63,617 nt of DNA, filler included, from 7 parts of 7 records of this genome joined end to end with filler, not necessarily neighbours in it; one strand, 5' to 3'; counted from the first letter of the whole stretch, positions 20,144-30,564 are shown. Numbers and translations are program-made. Notes: generated by a model not told the origin, from the sequence alone.

Positions 20144-21651
20144 ACGGCCTCCTTTTTGTCGGAGGCTGCAATCGCCTTGACGATATTCTCGGTGTCGATC
20201 GCCGAACCTGTCAGCTCGGCCACGTGATGGCGGTCGCGCACGACGATGACCCGGTCGGAGACCGCGATCAGTTCGTCGAGTTCGGATGAGATGATCAGGA
20301 TCGCCATGCCCTCCTCGGTAATGCTCTGGATCAGATGCAGGATCTCGGCATGGGCGCCGACATCGATGCCGCGCGTCGGCTCGTCAAGGATCAGGAAGCG
20401 CGGGTTCATCGCCAGCCAGCGGGCCAGCACGACCTTCTGCTGGTTGCCGCCGGACAGTTCGCCGATCGGCTTTTCCGCGCTGGAGGTGCGGATATCGAGC
20501 TTCTTGATGTATTCGGCGGCAAGCCGGTCCTGTTCGGCGCGGCTGATCGGCCGCGCCCAGCCGCGCCGCGCCTGGAGCGCCAGCGCGATATTCTCGCGCA
20601 CCGACAGGTCGGCGATGATGCCGTCGGTCTTGCGGTCCTCCGGCGCGAAGCCGAAGCCGGCGGCGATCGCCTCGCGCGGATTGGCGATCGAGATCTTGCC
20701 GTTGCCATCGGAGATCGTGCCGGACTGGGCGCTGCGCACGCCGAAGATCAGCTCCGCGGTTTCGGTGCGGCCGGAGCCGAGCAGTCCGGCAAGCCCGATG
20801 ACTTCTCCCTGGTGGATATCGAGGTCGAAGGGTTCGACGAAATTGCGCTTTCCGAGGGCGCGGACGGAAATCAGCGGCTCGCTGCCAACCCGGCCCTCGG
20901 TGTCGCGGCGCTGGCCGTGCTGGTCGCTCTCGTCGAGCTCGCGCCCGAGCATATGGGAAATCAGCCGGACCCGGTCGAGTTCGGCGGTGTTTTCGGTGAC
21001 GATCTTGCAGCCGTTGCGCAGCACCGTCACGCGGTCTGTCAGCGCGAAGACCTGATCGAGGAAATGGGAAACGAAGATGATGCCGAGACCCTGATCGCGC
21101 AGCTTGCGCACGACGGCAAACAGCATCTCGACCTCGCGGGCATCGAGGCTGGCGGTCGGTTCGTCAAGGATCAGCACCTTGCCGGAAAGTGCCACCGCGC
21201 GGGCGATGGAGACGATCTGCTGGACCGCGACCGAATAGCTGCCAAGGTCGCGGCCGACATCGATATCAAGGCCGTAGCCGGCGATCATCGCCTCGGCGTC
21301 GCGACGCATGGCGGCGCCGTCGATAATGCCGAAGCGGCGTGGTTCGCGGCCGAAGGTGAGGTTCTGCGCCACCGTGAGATTGGCAAGCAGGTTCACCTCC
21401 TGATAGACCGTGCCAATGCCGAGGTCCTGGGCTTCGAGCGTTGATCGCGGAGAAATGGTCCGGCCGTCCAGCGTGATCGTGCCTTCATCGCGGCTGTAGG
21501 CGCCGGTCAGGCATTTGATCAGCGTGGATTTGCCAGCGCCGTTTTCGCCGAGAAGAGCGTGAACCTCGCCGGCGGCAAGCTCGAAATCGACATTGTCGAG
21601 CGCCTTCATGCCAATGAAGCTCTTGGTCAGATTTTGAATTGTCAGAAGCAT
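20140..21651 (-). CDS. ytfR: Sugar ABC transporter ATP-binding protein (CUT2 type, two ATPase halves)
   Basis: [37 protein letters not shown]; start MLLTIQ. Confidence 0.88.
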   Translation of the reverse strand: MLLTIQNLTKSFIGMKALDNVDFELAAGEVHALLGENGAGKSTLIKCLTGAYSRDEGTITLDGRTISPRSTLEAQDLGIGTVYQEVNLLANLTVAQNLTFGREPRRFGIIDGAAMRRDAEAMIAGYGLDIDVGRDLGSYSVAVQQIVSIARAVALSGKVLILDEPTASLDAREVEMLFAVVRKLRDQGLGIIFVSHFLDQVFALTDRVTVLRNGCKIVTENTAELDRVRLISHMLGRELDESDQHGQRRDTEGRVGSEPLISVRALGKRNFVEPFDLDIHQGEVIGLAGLLGSGRTETAELIFGVRSAQSGTISDGNGKISIANPREAIAAGFGFAPEDRKTDGIIADLSVRENIALALQARRGWARPISRAEQDRLAAEYIKKLDIRTSSAEKPIGELSGGNQQKVVLARWLAMNPRFLILDEPTRGIDVGAHAEILHLIQSITEEGMAILIISSELDELIAVSDRVIVVRDRHHVAELTGSAIDTENIVKAIAASDKKEAV

Positions 21652-21796
21652 TTTCGAGCACCTTGGATCGATCGCGCGGCGCTTATGCGAGCCGAGGCGG
21701 CCGGGGCCCCGATGACCCCGACCGCACCCGGGAGGAGAGCTCGGTTTTGACGCAAGTCCAGACGCAAAACCGGTGTCCACTGTTACTGGACTTGCT

Positions 21797-22747
21797 CTAG
21801 TAGCCGAGGCTCTTGCGGCGCTCGGCCTCACCCTGCGGATCGTCTGCCTGGGTATAGAGCTTCGATTCCGTCTGGATGAATTTCGGCGGCATGGTGCCGT
21901 CCTTCATGTAGGCGGCAAGCGCGTCGAAGGCGGGACCGGCCATGTTCGGCGTCAGTTCCACAGTGGCATTGGCCTCACCGGCGGCCATGGCCTGGAAATA
22001 GTCCGGAACACCGTCGATCGCGACGACCAGAATGTCGGAACCGGGCTTGAGGCCGGCCTCCTTGATCGCCTGGATGGCGCCGACGGCCATGTCGTCATTG
22101 TGGGCATAGAGCGCGCAGATGTCGGCGCCGCCGTTTTCGGCCTGCAGGAAGCTTTCCATGACTTCTTTGCCCTGCGAGCGGGTGAAGTCGCCGGTCTGGC
22201 TGCGGACGATTTCGATATTGGCATGGCCATCGATCGCGTTGCGGAAGCCGGTGGCGCGGTCGATCGCCGGCGAGGAGCCTGTGGTGCCCTGCAGTTCGAC
22301 GACGCGGCAATCATTGTCGCCGACCGTGTCAACCAGCCATCCACCGGCGACTTCGCCTTCATGGACGAGGTTGGAGCCGACGGCCGTCAGATAGAGGTCG
22401 TCGGAACTGTCGACCTGGCGGTCGAGCAGGATGACCGGAATATCGGCATCCTTGGCTTCTTCCAGCGCGCTGTCCCAGCCGGTCGCAACCACGGGAGCGA
22501 GCAGGATGGCGTCAACGCCCTGGGCCACGAAGGCGCGGATCGCGGCGATCTGGTTTTCCTGTTTCTGCTGGGCATCGGAGAATTTCAGGTCGATGCCGCG
22601 CTCTTCAGCCTGTTGTTTGGTGAGCGTGGTTTCTGCCGCGCGCCAGCCCGATTCGGAGCCGATCTGCGAAAAGCCGACGGTCTGTGCCGAGGCGGCTGCC
22701 GCCGTCATGGTGATCGCGGCCACGGTTGTAAGAAATAGCGTTTTCAT
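21797..22747 (-). CDS. ytfQ: Periplasmic sugar-binding protein, galactofuranose-binding YtfQ-like
   Basis: Signal peptide followed by VGFSQIGSESGWRAAET, DAQQKQENQI, AHNDDMAVGA. Confidence 0.9.
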   Translation of the reverse strand: MKTLFLTTVAAITMTAAAASAQTVGFSQIGSESGWRAAETTLTKQQAEERGIDLKFSDAQQKQENQIAAIRAFVAQGVDAILLAPVVATGWDSALEEAKDADIPVILLDRQVDSSDDLYLTAVGSNLVHEGEVAGGWLVDTVGDNDCRVVELQGTTGSSPAIDRATGFRNAIDGHANIEIVRSQTGDFTRSQGKEVMESFLQAENGGADICALYAHNDDMAVGAIQAIKEAGLKPGSDILVVAIDGVPDYFQAMAAGEANATVELTPNMAGPAFDALAAYMKDGTMPPKFIQTESKLYTQADDPQGEAERRKSLGY

Positions 22748-23009
22748 CTGTTATGTCCTCCCGTTAACAGAACGCGGCAAGGCTTTGCCGCAGGCGCGGG
22801 CGGCGCGGTATCGAACCACCCGGCAATACGCCAGGACAGTCACATACGGCCGGAGGTATCTCCTCCCGTCACAGCCGTTGTGCCTTGCGACAACCGGCGG
22901 GTTCCCCGTTCCGGCTCCCGCAAAAAATGTCCTTGCGATGAGGAGATTGTTGCAATTTACCGTTATACAGACAAATGAATAATCGTGTTTCCGATATAGC
23001 AGAAATGGT

Positions 23010-24023
23010 ATGGATATGACGGGAAACGGCGAGCGTTACAGCGGGCAGGACGAGTTCATCCGGCGCGGGCTGCGGTTTTCGCAGATGCGTCTGATCGCGC
23101 TGCTCGACCGCAAGGGCCAGATTTCGTCGGCCGCCGCCCAGCTCGGCATGACCCAGTCGGCCGCCTCGCGGCTGCTGTCGGAACTGGAGCACACCGTCGG
23201 CGCCAAACTCTACGAACGCCACGGTCGCGGCGTCGAACTGACCGAGGCGGGCCAAGCGATGGCCGAGCAGGCGCTGGTGATCCTCAACCAGCTCGATTAT
23301 GCCCATCGCGAGATCGCCCAGATCGTCGAGGGCGCGCGCGGGCTGGTGCGCATGGGCGCGGTGACCGGCCCCTCGCTGCAACTGATCATGCCGGTTATCC
23401 GGCAGCTCCGGAAAAACTTTCCCGAGATTGAGCTTTCGGTGCTGGTCGACACTTCCGACAAGCTGGCCGAGGCGTTGTTTTCCCACGACATCGATTTCTA
23501 TATCGGCCGCCTGCCGGAGGATATGGATGCCAAATCCGTGAGCTTGCGGCCGCTCGGGGTCGAGCCGGTAGCCATGATCGCGGGCGTCCACCATCCGCTC
23601 GCCGGCAGGGAGTCGATCTCGATCGGCGAATGCCTGGAGTATGACTGGGTGCTGCAGCCGGTCGGCGCGCCGATGCGGCGTTCGGTCGAGGCCCATCTGA
23701 TGGCGAACGGCTTCCAGCTTCCCCGCCATGTGTTCGTCACCACCTCGCCGCTGCTCTCCTTCGCCATGATCGCGGAGACCGACGCGGTGACGCCGGTCGC
23801 CAGACCGGTGGCGGACTTCTTTCATACCGGCGGCAAGCTCGGCGCGGCGATCTGCCAGTTGCCCGTGCGCGAACGGATCGATGTCAGCGCCTACTCGATC
23901 ATCCAGCGGGCCAACGCGCTGCAGCCGCCGCCGGTCAAGCGCGTGCTGGCACTGATCGAGCGCGAGATCGCGCTTCACCCCGACCAGTTTCCCGAAAGCG
24001 GATCGCGGGGGTCGCAGAATTGA
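23010..24023 (+). CDS. LysR-family regulator (GbpR-like), divergent from the sugar operon
   Basis: HTH AAAQLGMTQSAASRLLSELE...LYERHGRGVELTEAG plus a substrate-binding domain. Confidence 0.9.
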   Translation: MDMTGNGERYSGQDEFIRRGLRFSQMRLIALLDRKGQISSAAAQLGMTQSAASRLLSELEHTVGAKLYERHGRGVELTEAGQAMAEQALVILNQLDYAHREIAQIVEGARGLVRMGAVTGPSLQLIMPVIRQLRKNFPEIELSVLVDTSDKLAEALFSHDIDFYIGRLPEDMDAKSVSLRPLGVEPVAMIAGVHHPLAGRESISIGECLEYDWVLQPVGAPMRRSVEAHLMANGFQLPRHVFVTTSPLLSFAMIAETDAVTPVARPVADFFHTGGKLGAAICQLPVRERIDVSAYSIIQRANALQPPPVKRVLALIEREIALHPDQFPESGSRGSQN

Positions 24024-24095
24024 TCTTAGTCAATGCGCGGTTCGGTGGGACGCGCAGATTGAGGACATCAAGCCTGCATAAGGGAGCAAACAGAC

Positions 24096-24506
24096 ATGTT
24101 CAGGAAGATCATCGTTCCGGTTGATATTTCGACCCTCGACAAGGGCGTCGACATTTTCAGGAAGGCCGCCAGCCTTCTGGATGACGGCGGAAAAATCGTT
24201 CTCCTGCACGTTGTCGAGGAAGTGCCGTCCTATCTCGCGATCGACGTGCCGGCCGATCTCATCGAAAACGCCGCCAACGAGGCGCAGGACAAGCTCGCCA
24301 AGCTGCGCGACGATACCGGCGTCGATGCCGAGATCGAATTGCGCAGCGGTCCCCCGGCGCGTGAAATTCTCGCCTGCGCCAAGGAGCAGAACGCCGACCT
24401 GATCATCATCGCCTCGCATCGGCCGGATTTCTCGAATTATCTGCTGGGCTCGACCGCCGACAGGGTGGTGCGTCATGCCGGTTGCTCGGTGCTGGTGCGC
24501 CGATAG
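24096..24506 (+). CDS. Universal stress protein (UspA family)
   Basis: MFRKIIVPVD...ADLIIIASH...LLGSTADRVVRHAGCSVLV. Confidence 0.93.
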   Translation: MFRKIIVPVDISTLDKGVDIFRKAASLLDDGGKIVLLHVVEEVPSYLAIDVPADLIENAANEAQDKLAKLRDDTGVDAEIELRSGPPAREILACAKEQNADLIIIASHRPDFSNYLLGSTADRVVRHAGCSVLVRR

Positions 24507-24560
24507 CCGAATTACCGTGGGGCTTTCTGCCGTGAGGCACGGATAGCCGAGGAGAACATC

Positions 24561-24881
24561 ATGGACGTTGCACATTACAAGGCCGTGCTGGAAGCGCGAC
24601 AGGCAGAAATCCTGAAACGGCTGCACCGGATCGACGACGATCTCGGGCGGACCCGCCACGCCGATAGCGAGGAGCGGGCGACCGAATCCGAAAACGACGA
24701 GGTGCTGGAAGAGTTCGGCCATGTCGGTTCGGACGAATTGAAGGCACTTGCCGCCGCCCTGCAGCGCGTTGAAGACGGAACGTACGGCAAATGCGTGAAA
24801 TGCGGCAAACCGATTTCCGCGGAGCGGCTTGAAGTCGTGCCGCAGACACCGTTCTGCAAGGCCTGCGCCGCCAAGCTCTGA
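24561..24881 (+). CDS. DksA/TraR C4 zinc-finger protein
   Basis: AALQRVEDGTYGKCVKCG...RLEVVP...CKAC. Confidence 0.92.
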   Translation: MDVAHYKAVLEARQAEILKRLHRIDDDLGRTRHADSEERATESENDEVLEEFGHVGSDELKALAAALQRVEDGTYGKCVKCGKPISAERLEVVPQTPFCKACAAKL

Positions 24882-24953
24882 CCTGCCAAAAACGGCTTTG
24901 ACAGCAACTGCCAACGCAACCACTATGCTGCCTGACAACATGCAAGCAGGGAG

Positions 24954-25472
24954 GTGCGCGTGACGATATTGAGATTGGGTCTGGCGGCGGCGTTGTTGGT
25001 CGCGGGACCGGCTTTTGCTCAGGATGAACAGGTGCAGTATTCCGACGCGCCGACGGCGGATTGCCTTGCCGCGGCCGATACGCCCGAGGCGATGCGCGCC
25101 TGCGCAGGGCTTGCAGCCGCGCAATGCGTTGACGCCTCGGATTATGGCTCGACCACGATCGGCATGATGGAATGCGCCCAAAAGGAAACCGCCTTCTGGG
25201 ATGGCAGGCTGAACCAGGCCTACACGGCGATGATGGCGCGCGCGAAAAAGGCCGATACGGTGAACGAGGGCGATCCGCGTATCGTCTACAAGATCGCCGA
25301 CAGCCTGCGCGACATGCAGCGCGCTTGGATTCCCTATCGCGATGCCACCTGCACCTTTGCCTATTCGACCGGCATGGGCGGCACGATCGCGCAGACGATC
25401 ACCTCCAATTGCCAGCTCGATATGACGGCCGAACAGTATATTTATCTGGAGGGCGCCTGGCCTTCCTACTGA
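24954..25472 (+). CDS. Secreted DUF1311/LprI-family protein
   Basis: Signal peptide; TTIGMMECA...WDGRLNQAY...LRDMQRAWIPYRDATC. Confidence 0.85.
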   Translation: MRVTILRLGLAAALLVAGPAFAQDEQVQYSDAPTADCLAAADTPEAMRACAGLAAAQCVDASDYGSTTIGMMECAQKETAFWDGRLNQAYTAMMARAKKADTVNEGDPRIVYKIADSLRDMQRAWIPYRDATCTFAYSTGMGGTIAQTITSNCQLDMTAEQYIYLEGAWPSY

Positions 25473-25532
25473 GGCAATGGACGCGCCGTCGCCGGCGTTG
25501 TAAAGGCGGTGAGACCCATTTCAGGTGAGCTC

Positions 25533-26027
25533 ATGCTGATACGCGACGCCGGCGAGGCCGATCTTCCGGCCATCCTCGAAATCTACAATGATGCCGTGAT
25601 CCATTCGACCGCGATCTGGAACGAGATCGTCGTCGATCTAGACAACCGCAAGGCCTGGCTTGCCGCGCGCCGCGACAAGGGCTTTCCGGTGCTGGTCGCC
25701 GAACGCGACGGCGTCGTTGTCGGCTATGCGAGCTATGGCGACTGGCGGGCCTTTGACGGCTACCGCCATACCGTCGAGCATTCCGTCTATGTCCGCAGCG
25801 ACGCGCGCGGCGGCGGCATCGGCCGGGCGCTGATGGAGGCCTTGCTCGTCTATGCCAAAAACGCGGGCGTCCATGCGATGATCGCCGCGATCGAGGCGGG
25901 TAACGCGCCCTCGATCGCGCTGCATGAACGGCTCGGCTTTTTCCACAGCGGACGCTACCGCCAAGTCGGCACAAAGTTCGACCGCTGGCTCGATCTCGTC
26001 ACCATGCAGTATCTGTTCTCGGAGTAG
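25533..26027 (+). CDS. GNAT acetyltransferase (phosphinothricin/methionine sulfoximine acetyltransferase-like)
   Basis: ILEIYNDAV, GYRHTVEHSVYV, RGGGIG, SIALHERLGF, GTKFDRWLD. Confidence 0.9.
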   Translation: MLIRDAGEADLPAILEIYNDAVIHSTAIWNEIVVDLDNRKAWLAARRDKGFPVLVAERDGVVVGYASYGDWRAFDGYRHTVEHSVYVRSDARGGGIGRALMEALLVYAKNAGVHAMIAAIEAGNAPSIALHERLGFFHSGRYRQVGTKFDRWLDLVTMQYLFSE

Positions 26028-26104
26028 GGCATCAGGCTGAGAAAGGTTGAGACTGCTGACCAAGCCGCGGCCTCAGCGTTTTGTCCCACGCAGCCCCGCA
26101 GTAT

Positions 26105-26130
26105 GGATCCTCGGGTCAAGCCCGAGGATG
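26105..26130. repeat. REP-like palindromic element at the contig end
   Basis: ATCCTCGGG-tcaag-CCCGAGGAT hairpin, resembling interspersed repeats of rhizobial genomes. Confidence 0.6.
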
Positions 26131-26412
26131 NNNNNNNNNNNNNNNNNNNNNNNNNNNNNNNNNNNNNNNNNNNNTTAATTAATTAANNNNNNNNNNNNNN
26201 NNNNNNNNNNNNNNNNNNNNNNNNNNNNNNGCCGGGCCGCCCCACGGCACGGCGATTTGGGTTCTGTGGTGCGCGATAGACAGGTTGGATGTGCTTGGCT
26301 GCCATAAAGTGGCAGTCACGCAGGTTGCATCGCCGCACCACGGCACGGCGATGCGCGGCTTTGTGGTCGATTATGGACGGCAGCTAGGCCCCGCGTGGCC
26401 GAACCTGCCCTC

Positions 26413-26934
26413 TTACCCATCACCCTCAAGAAACGCCACTTCGGACACCACCCGCGCCTTGTCGTCGGGGCGGGTCAGGTCGATTGTCACGATCCTGCGC
26501 GTGGTGTTGTCGGTGCTGATGCGACGGAAGCGGAATGTCGTGTCCGCGAACTGGCCCGGCACCATCACCCAGCGGGTGATGCTGGAGGCCAGCCCCTTGT
26601 AGGGGGCGATCATGTCGATCAGCCACAGCCGGTCGCCCGAGTGCCAGTCCGCAGGGTCCAGCAGGTCGCCCGACACGTACTTGCGTTCGGCCTCGACGTT
26701 CATCCACGCCCATGTGATCAGCCCGCGCGGGACGCCGTCAAAGCGGAAGATCCGGTATTGGTCCAGTGCGATAGGTGTCTCGAAGGCCGAGCGCAGGTTG
26801 GCCATGGTCATGCGCTGGTGCCAGTCGCTGCGGAAGGCCAGGAACAGGAAATCACCGTAGGCGCGCAATCTGGCGGCCGTTGGCGTTTCGCTTTCGGGCA
26901 GGGTCACGCCTGCGGTGTCGGTCAGGGGGGCCAT
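26413..26934 (-). CDS. Toxin-activating lysine acyltransferase, HlyC/CyaC family
   Basis: RSDWH (catalytic Ser/His region), P-I-LDQYRIF, ITWAW, DWHSGDRLWLIDMIAPY. Confidence 0.88.
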   Translation of the reverse strand: MAPLTDTAGVTLPESETPTAARLRAYGDFLFLAFRSDWHQRMTMANLRSAFETPIALDQYRIFRFDGVPRGLITWAWMNVEAERKYVSGDLLDPADWHSGDRLWLIDMIAPYKGLASSITRWVMVPGQFADTTFRFRRISTDNTTRRIVTIDLTRPDDKARVVSEVAFLEGDG

Positions 26935-27878
26935 CAGTGGACCTCGCGGCGCAAAACGGCGGCCTCTGCCACTTTGACCGAGGCCCGTGCTGCGGGGCCG
27001 AAACCTGCGGGATCGGTAAAGAGCGCCGGGAAAAGGGTCGCCAGTTCGTCGCGCACCGGTTGGTCAAAGGCGTCCATCACATAGTCGCCGGGGAAAAAGC
27101 TTTCGGTCGGGGCGCCGTTGGTCACCATGATTTCGTGATGGTCGAACAGCACGTGAAAATATTCCACATCATCCAGATCATGGGCGGTGGTGATGTCCAG
27201 ATCGTTGACAAGGCTTTTGGCCGGCACCAGCACTTCGGGCTGGCCGAAATGCAGTTCGGCCTTCCAGCCGGTGACCAGCACGCGGTGCTGCGGCGAGACC
27301 ACCAGCGCATCATCCGGGCACTGCGGACCCAAGGCCCCTGCGGCCAGCCGGATCGGGCGCAGGTCGGGCGCGCGGTCCAGATCGTGCCGGTTCAGCCGCC
27401 GCGACCCCAGCCAGCGGATCGGTTGAAGCCCCGAATCCAGCGTGTGGACGCAGTCGCCCACCGCAAGATCCTCGACGGCGACGCGACCCTTTGCGGTGTC
27501 GATGCGGGTGCCGCGCAGCACGCAGATGGCAATGTTGATCACCACGCGGTCCGCATCCGAATTGAACCCGCGCGTGCCCGTGACGGTGAATTCGACGGTC
27601 TGGCTGGACCCCGAGGCGATCACCGCCGCCTGATTGATGGTAAAGGTGAACTGGCCCGTCCGGGTGTTGAAGCTGAGCGTGCCGAATTGCGTCGTGCTCA
27701 GTGCCGAGAACTGATAGCTTGAGGCTTCGCCGTCGCTGATGCCGTCCTGGTTTGTGTCTTCGTTGAAATCACCACGGACGGTGGCATCGGACAAGGCCAC
27801 GTTGAAGGTCCAGGCGTCATAGCCCGTTGATGCGCCACCCGTGGAATTGCCGGATGTCTCACTGATATTATAGGCCAT
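26934..27878 (-). CDS. Hint (bacterial intein-like, Hint_2) protein with an N-terminal VCBS-like beta domain
   Basis: CVLRGTRIDT...VEDLAVGD...VSPQHR...YFHVLFDHHEIMVTNGAPTESF. N-terminal GTLSFNTRTGQFTFT resembles VCBS repeats. Confidence 0.88.
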   Translation of the reverse strand: MAYNISETSGNSTGGASTGYDAWTFNVALSDATVRGDFNEDTNQDGISDGEASSYQFSALSTTQFGTLSFNTRTGQFTFTINQAAVIASGSSQTVEFTVTGTRGFNSDADRVVINIAICVLRGTRIDTAKGRVAVEDLAVGDCVHTLDSGLQPIRWLGSRRLNRHDLDRAPDLRPIRLAAGALGPQCPDDALVVSPQHRVLVTGWKAELHFGQPEVLVPAKSLVNDLDITTAHDLDDVEYFHVLFDHHEIMVTNGAPTESFFPGDYVMDAFDQPVRDELATLFPALFTDPAGFGPAARASVKVAEAAVLRREVH

Positions 27879-28270
27879 AACGAACCTGCTTGCCTTCGGT
27901 GCCTGCCGCGGTTGAATTTATTTCTTGGGGTTGTGCAGTGCTGCTTCAGTATCCCATAGGTTGAAACCTGCGTCCAGTTTCTTTCCCCGGAGATTGTGCT
28001 GAAAACCGCCAATCGGGGTGCGGGCTTGCCCTGTATCAATGGCAGGTGTGCTCATGCCCGGCATCGCGGTCCGAAGCGCCGCCGTCGGGGTGGCTTTGGC
28101 CGCGTTCCGGCGGATCTGCGCGCGGCGTCGAGCCTGCTCTCGCCGTAAGGTCACGGGTTGATCGCTGCGAGGCCCCTTGTCACAGTGACGGAGCGTCAGC
28201 CGATGGCGGCGCATCAGGGCTTGGGGTATGGTCCCTCGGCTTCGGGACCAGACAGAGAGGGAGACCTGTC

Positions 28271-29563
28271 ATGACCACCACCTTGAAATCCGTGACGCTG
28301 GGGCTTGCCGGCATGGGCGCCGCCGGGATGCTCTGTGCCAACCCGATTGACCAGATCCGCCCCGATGCGCCTGCGCTGGCGCCTTATGGCGACTATGTCA
28401 TCGGTGTGCAGACGCTGGAATTCACCCATGCAGGCCAGATCGACATCCTGAACACCACCGCAGACAACGCCCCCACCTATGACCGTCCGCTGACGGTCGA
28501 GGTGTGGTATCCCGCCGCGACAGGCACCGAGCCGGGCGGCGAATATGTCACCACCCTGCGCGACGGCAAAAGACAGGCGACGCTGACGGGACGGGCCGCG
28601 CGCGATGCGGCGCCGGTGGAGGATGCGCTGTTTCCGTTGATCGTGATCAGCCACGGCTATCCCGGCAACCGGTTCCTGATGAGCCATCTGGGCGAGAACC
28701 TGGCCTCCAAGGGCTATGTCACCGTGTCGATCGACCACACCGACAGCACCTATTCCGACAAGGGCGCGTTCGGGTCGACCCTGTTGAACCGGCCCATCGA
28801 CCAGCGGTTTGTCATCGACAGCATGGCGTCGCTGAACGGGCCGCTGGGCGCGATCATTGATGGCGATACCGTGGGGGTGATCGGCTATTCCATGGGCGGC
28901 TATGGCGCGATGATCTTTGGCGGTGCCGGGGTCACGCAGGCGTCGACGGAATACAGCTGGGGCACGCCGAACGGATTGCTGGCGGCGCATCTGGCGGGGT
29001 CGGAGAGCCACGAGGCGTTGATCGACGACCGCGTCAAGGCGATCATCGCCATCGGGCCGTGGGGCAACAACGCGGGGTTCTGGGATGCCCAAGGGCTGGC
29101 CGGTTTCCGCAAGCCGCTGATGCTGATGGCGGGCAGCGTGGACGACACGTCGATCTATGACGCGATCCGTGGCATTTTCGACGGCACCACCGGCACGGAC
29201 CGGCATTTGCTGACCTTTGACAATGCGGGCCACAATGCCGCCGCGCCGATGCCGGCACCCCGCGAAAGCTGGGGCATTGACGAAGGGCTGGGCTATGCGC
29301 CGTTCGAGCATTACGCGGATGCGGTTTGGGACACCAACCGGATGAACAACATCGCCCAGCACTTTGCCACGGCGTTCATGGACGTGCATCTGAAGGGCAT
29401 GGTGGACGAGGCGGAGTATTTCGATCTGGTGCCGGTGTCGGGCGACGGGGTTGTGGCGCTGGATGAGGCGGGCAAGCCGACAGATGACCACACCTATTGG
29501 AACGGGTTCGGAGCGGGCACCGCCGCCGGGCTGCGGTTCGAAAGCAAGGCCAAGGGGGAATGA
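28271..29563 (+). CDS. Secreted alpha/beta hydrolase (PAF-AH/dienelactone hydrolase-like)
   Basis: VEVWYPA, ISHGYPG, nucleophile motif GYSMGG; start MTTTLK with RBS. Confidence 0.85.
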   Translation: MTTTLKSVTLGLAGMGAAGMLCANPIDQIRPDAPALAPYGDYVIGVQTLEFTHAGQIDILNTTADNAPTYDRPLTVEVWYPAATGTEPGGEYVTTLRDGKRQATLTGRAARDAAPVEDALFPLIVISHGYPGNRFLMSHLGENLASKGYVTVSIDHTDSTYSDKGAFGSTLLNRPIDQRFVIDSMASLNGPLGAIIDGDTVGVIGYSMGGYGAMIFGGAGVTQASTEYSWGTPNGLLAAHLAGSESHEALIDDRVKAIIAIGPWGNNAGFWDAQGLAGFRKPLMLMAGSVDDTSIYDAIRGIFDGTTGTDRHLLTFDNAGHNAAAPMPAPRESWGIDEGLGYAPFEHYADAVWDTNRMNNIAQHFATAFMDVHLKGMVDEAEYFDLVPVSGDGVVALDEAGKPTDDHTYWNGFGAGTAAGLRFESKAKGE

Positions 29564-30441
29564 CCATGCAGGCGGGGATGCGCGATCTGAACGGGCAACC
29601 GTTTTACGTGCGCACGTGGGGCGACCCCGCCCTGCCCCGGTTGCTGTTGTTGCACGGGTTTCCCGAGTATGGTGGCGCGTGGGACGACTTTGCCCCGCTG
29701 CTGGCCGAGCGGTATCACGTGATCGCCCCCGACCAGCGCGGATACGGGCGCAGCTGGGCGCCTGCGGATGTGGGGGACTACACCGCATCGGCGCTGGTGT
29801 CGGACATGGTGGCGCTGATTGGCGATGGGGGGCCGGTGACGGTGTTGGGGCATGACTGGGGGGCCGGCGTGGCCTATGCGCTGGCCTTCATGCACCCCGA
29901 ACTGGTGTCGCGGCTGATCATTGCCAACGGGGTGCACCCCGCCCCCTTCCAGCGCGAGATGGCCAAGGGCGGCAGGCAGTCCGAAGCGTCGCAATACATC
30001 AACTATCTGCGCGCCGAAGGGTCCGAGGACCGGCTGGCGGCCAATGACTTCGAGAAGCTGCTGGCGCTGTTTTCGGCCAAGATGGATATGTCATGGCTGA
30101 AGGGCGATGTGCTGGCGCGCTACAAGGAAGCATGGGGGCGTCCGGGGCGGTTGCGCGGGATGATCAACTGGTATCGCGCGTCGCCCTTGGTGGTGGCCGA
30201 TCCGGGCAAGCCTGTGACCGATCTGCGCCCGATGCCGGTGGAGCGGTTGCAGGTGCGCTGTCCGCATCTGCTGATCTGGGCGGCGGGCGATGTGGCGTTG
30301 ATGCCCGAGGCGACCGAGGGGCTGGAGGACTATGCGCCGGACCTGACGCGGGTGGAGATTGCGGATGCCGACCACTGGCTGTTCCACCAGAAGCCGCAGG
30401 AGATTGCGGGGGTTGTGCTGGATTGGTTGGCGGAGGGTTAA
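29560..30441 (+). CDS. Alpha/beta hydrolase, epoxide hydrolase-like
   Basis: HGFPE, DQRGYG, GHDWG, NWYRA, DHW; ATGA overlap with the upstream gene. Confidence 0.88.
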   Translation: MTMQAGMRDLNGQPFYVRTWGDPALPRLLLLHGFPEYGGAWDDFAPLLAERYHVIAPDQRGYGRSWAPADVGDYTASALVSDMVALIGDGGPVTVLGHDWGAGVAYALAFMHPELVSRLIIANGVHPAPFQREMAKGGRQSEASQYINYLRAEGSEDRLAANDFEKLLALFSAKMDMSWLKGDVLARYKEAWGRPGRLRGMINWYRASPLVVADPGKPVTDLRPMPVERLQVRCPHLLIWAAGDVALMPEATEGLEDYAPDLTRVEIADADHWLFHQKPQEIAGVVLDWLAEG

Positions 30442-30564
30442 GGGTGTTGGCTTTGACCTGTGCGGCAGGGGCTGAGGGGGAATGGCATAGCGGGTCGCAG
30501 CGAAGGTCCGGTTTGAGCCCTTTTCGACGGATGCTGCAAACCGATCCAATGTCTGCTACCTCCC

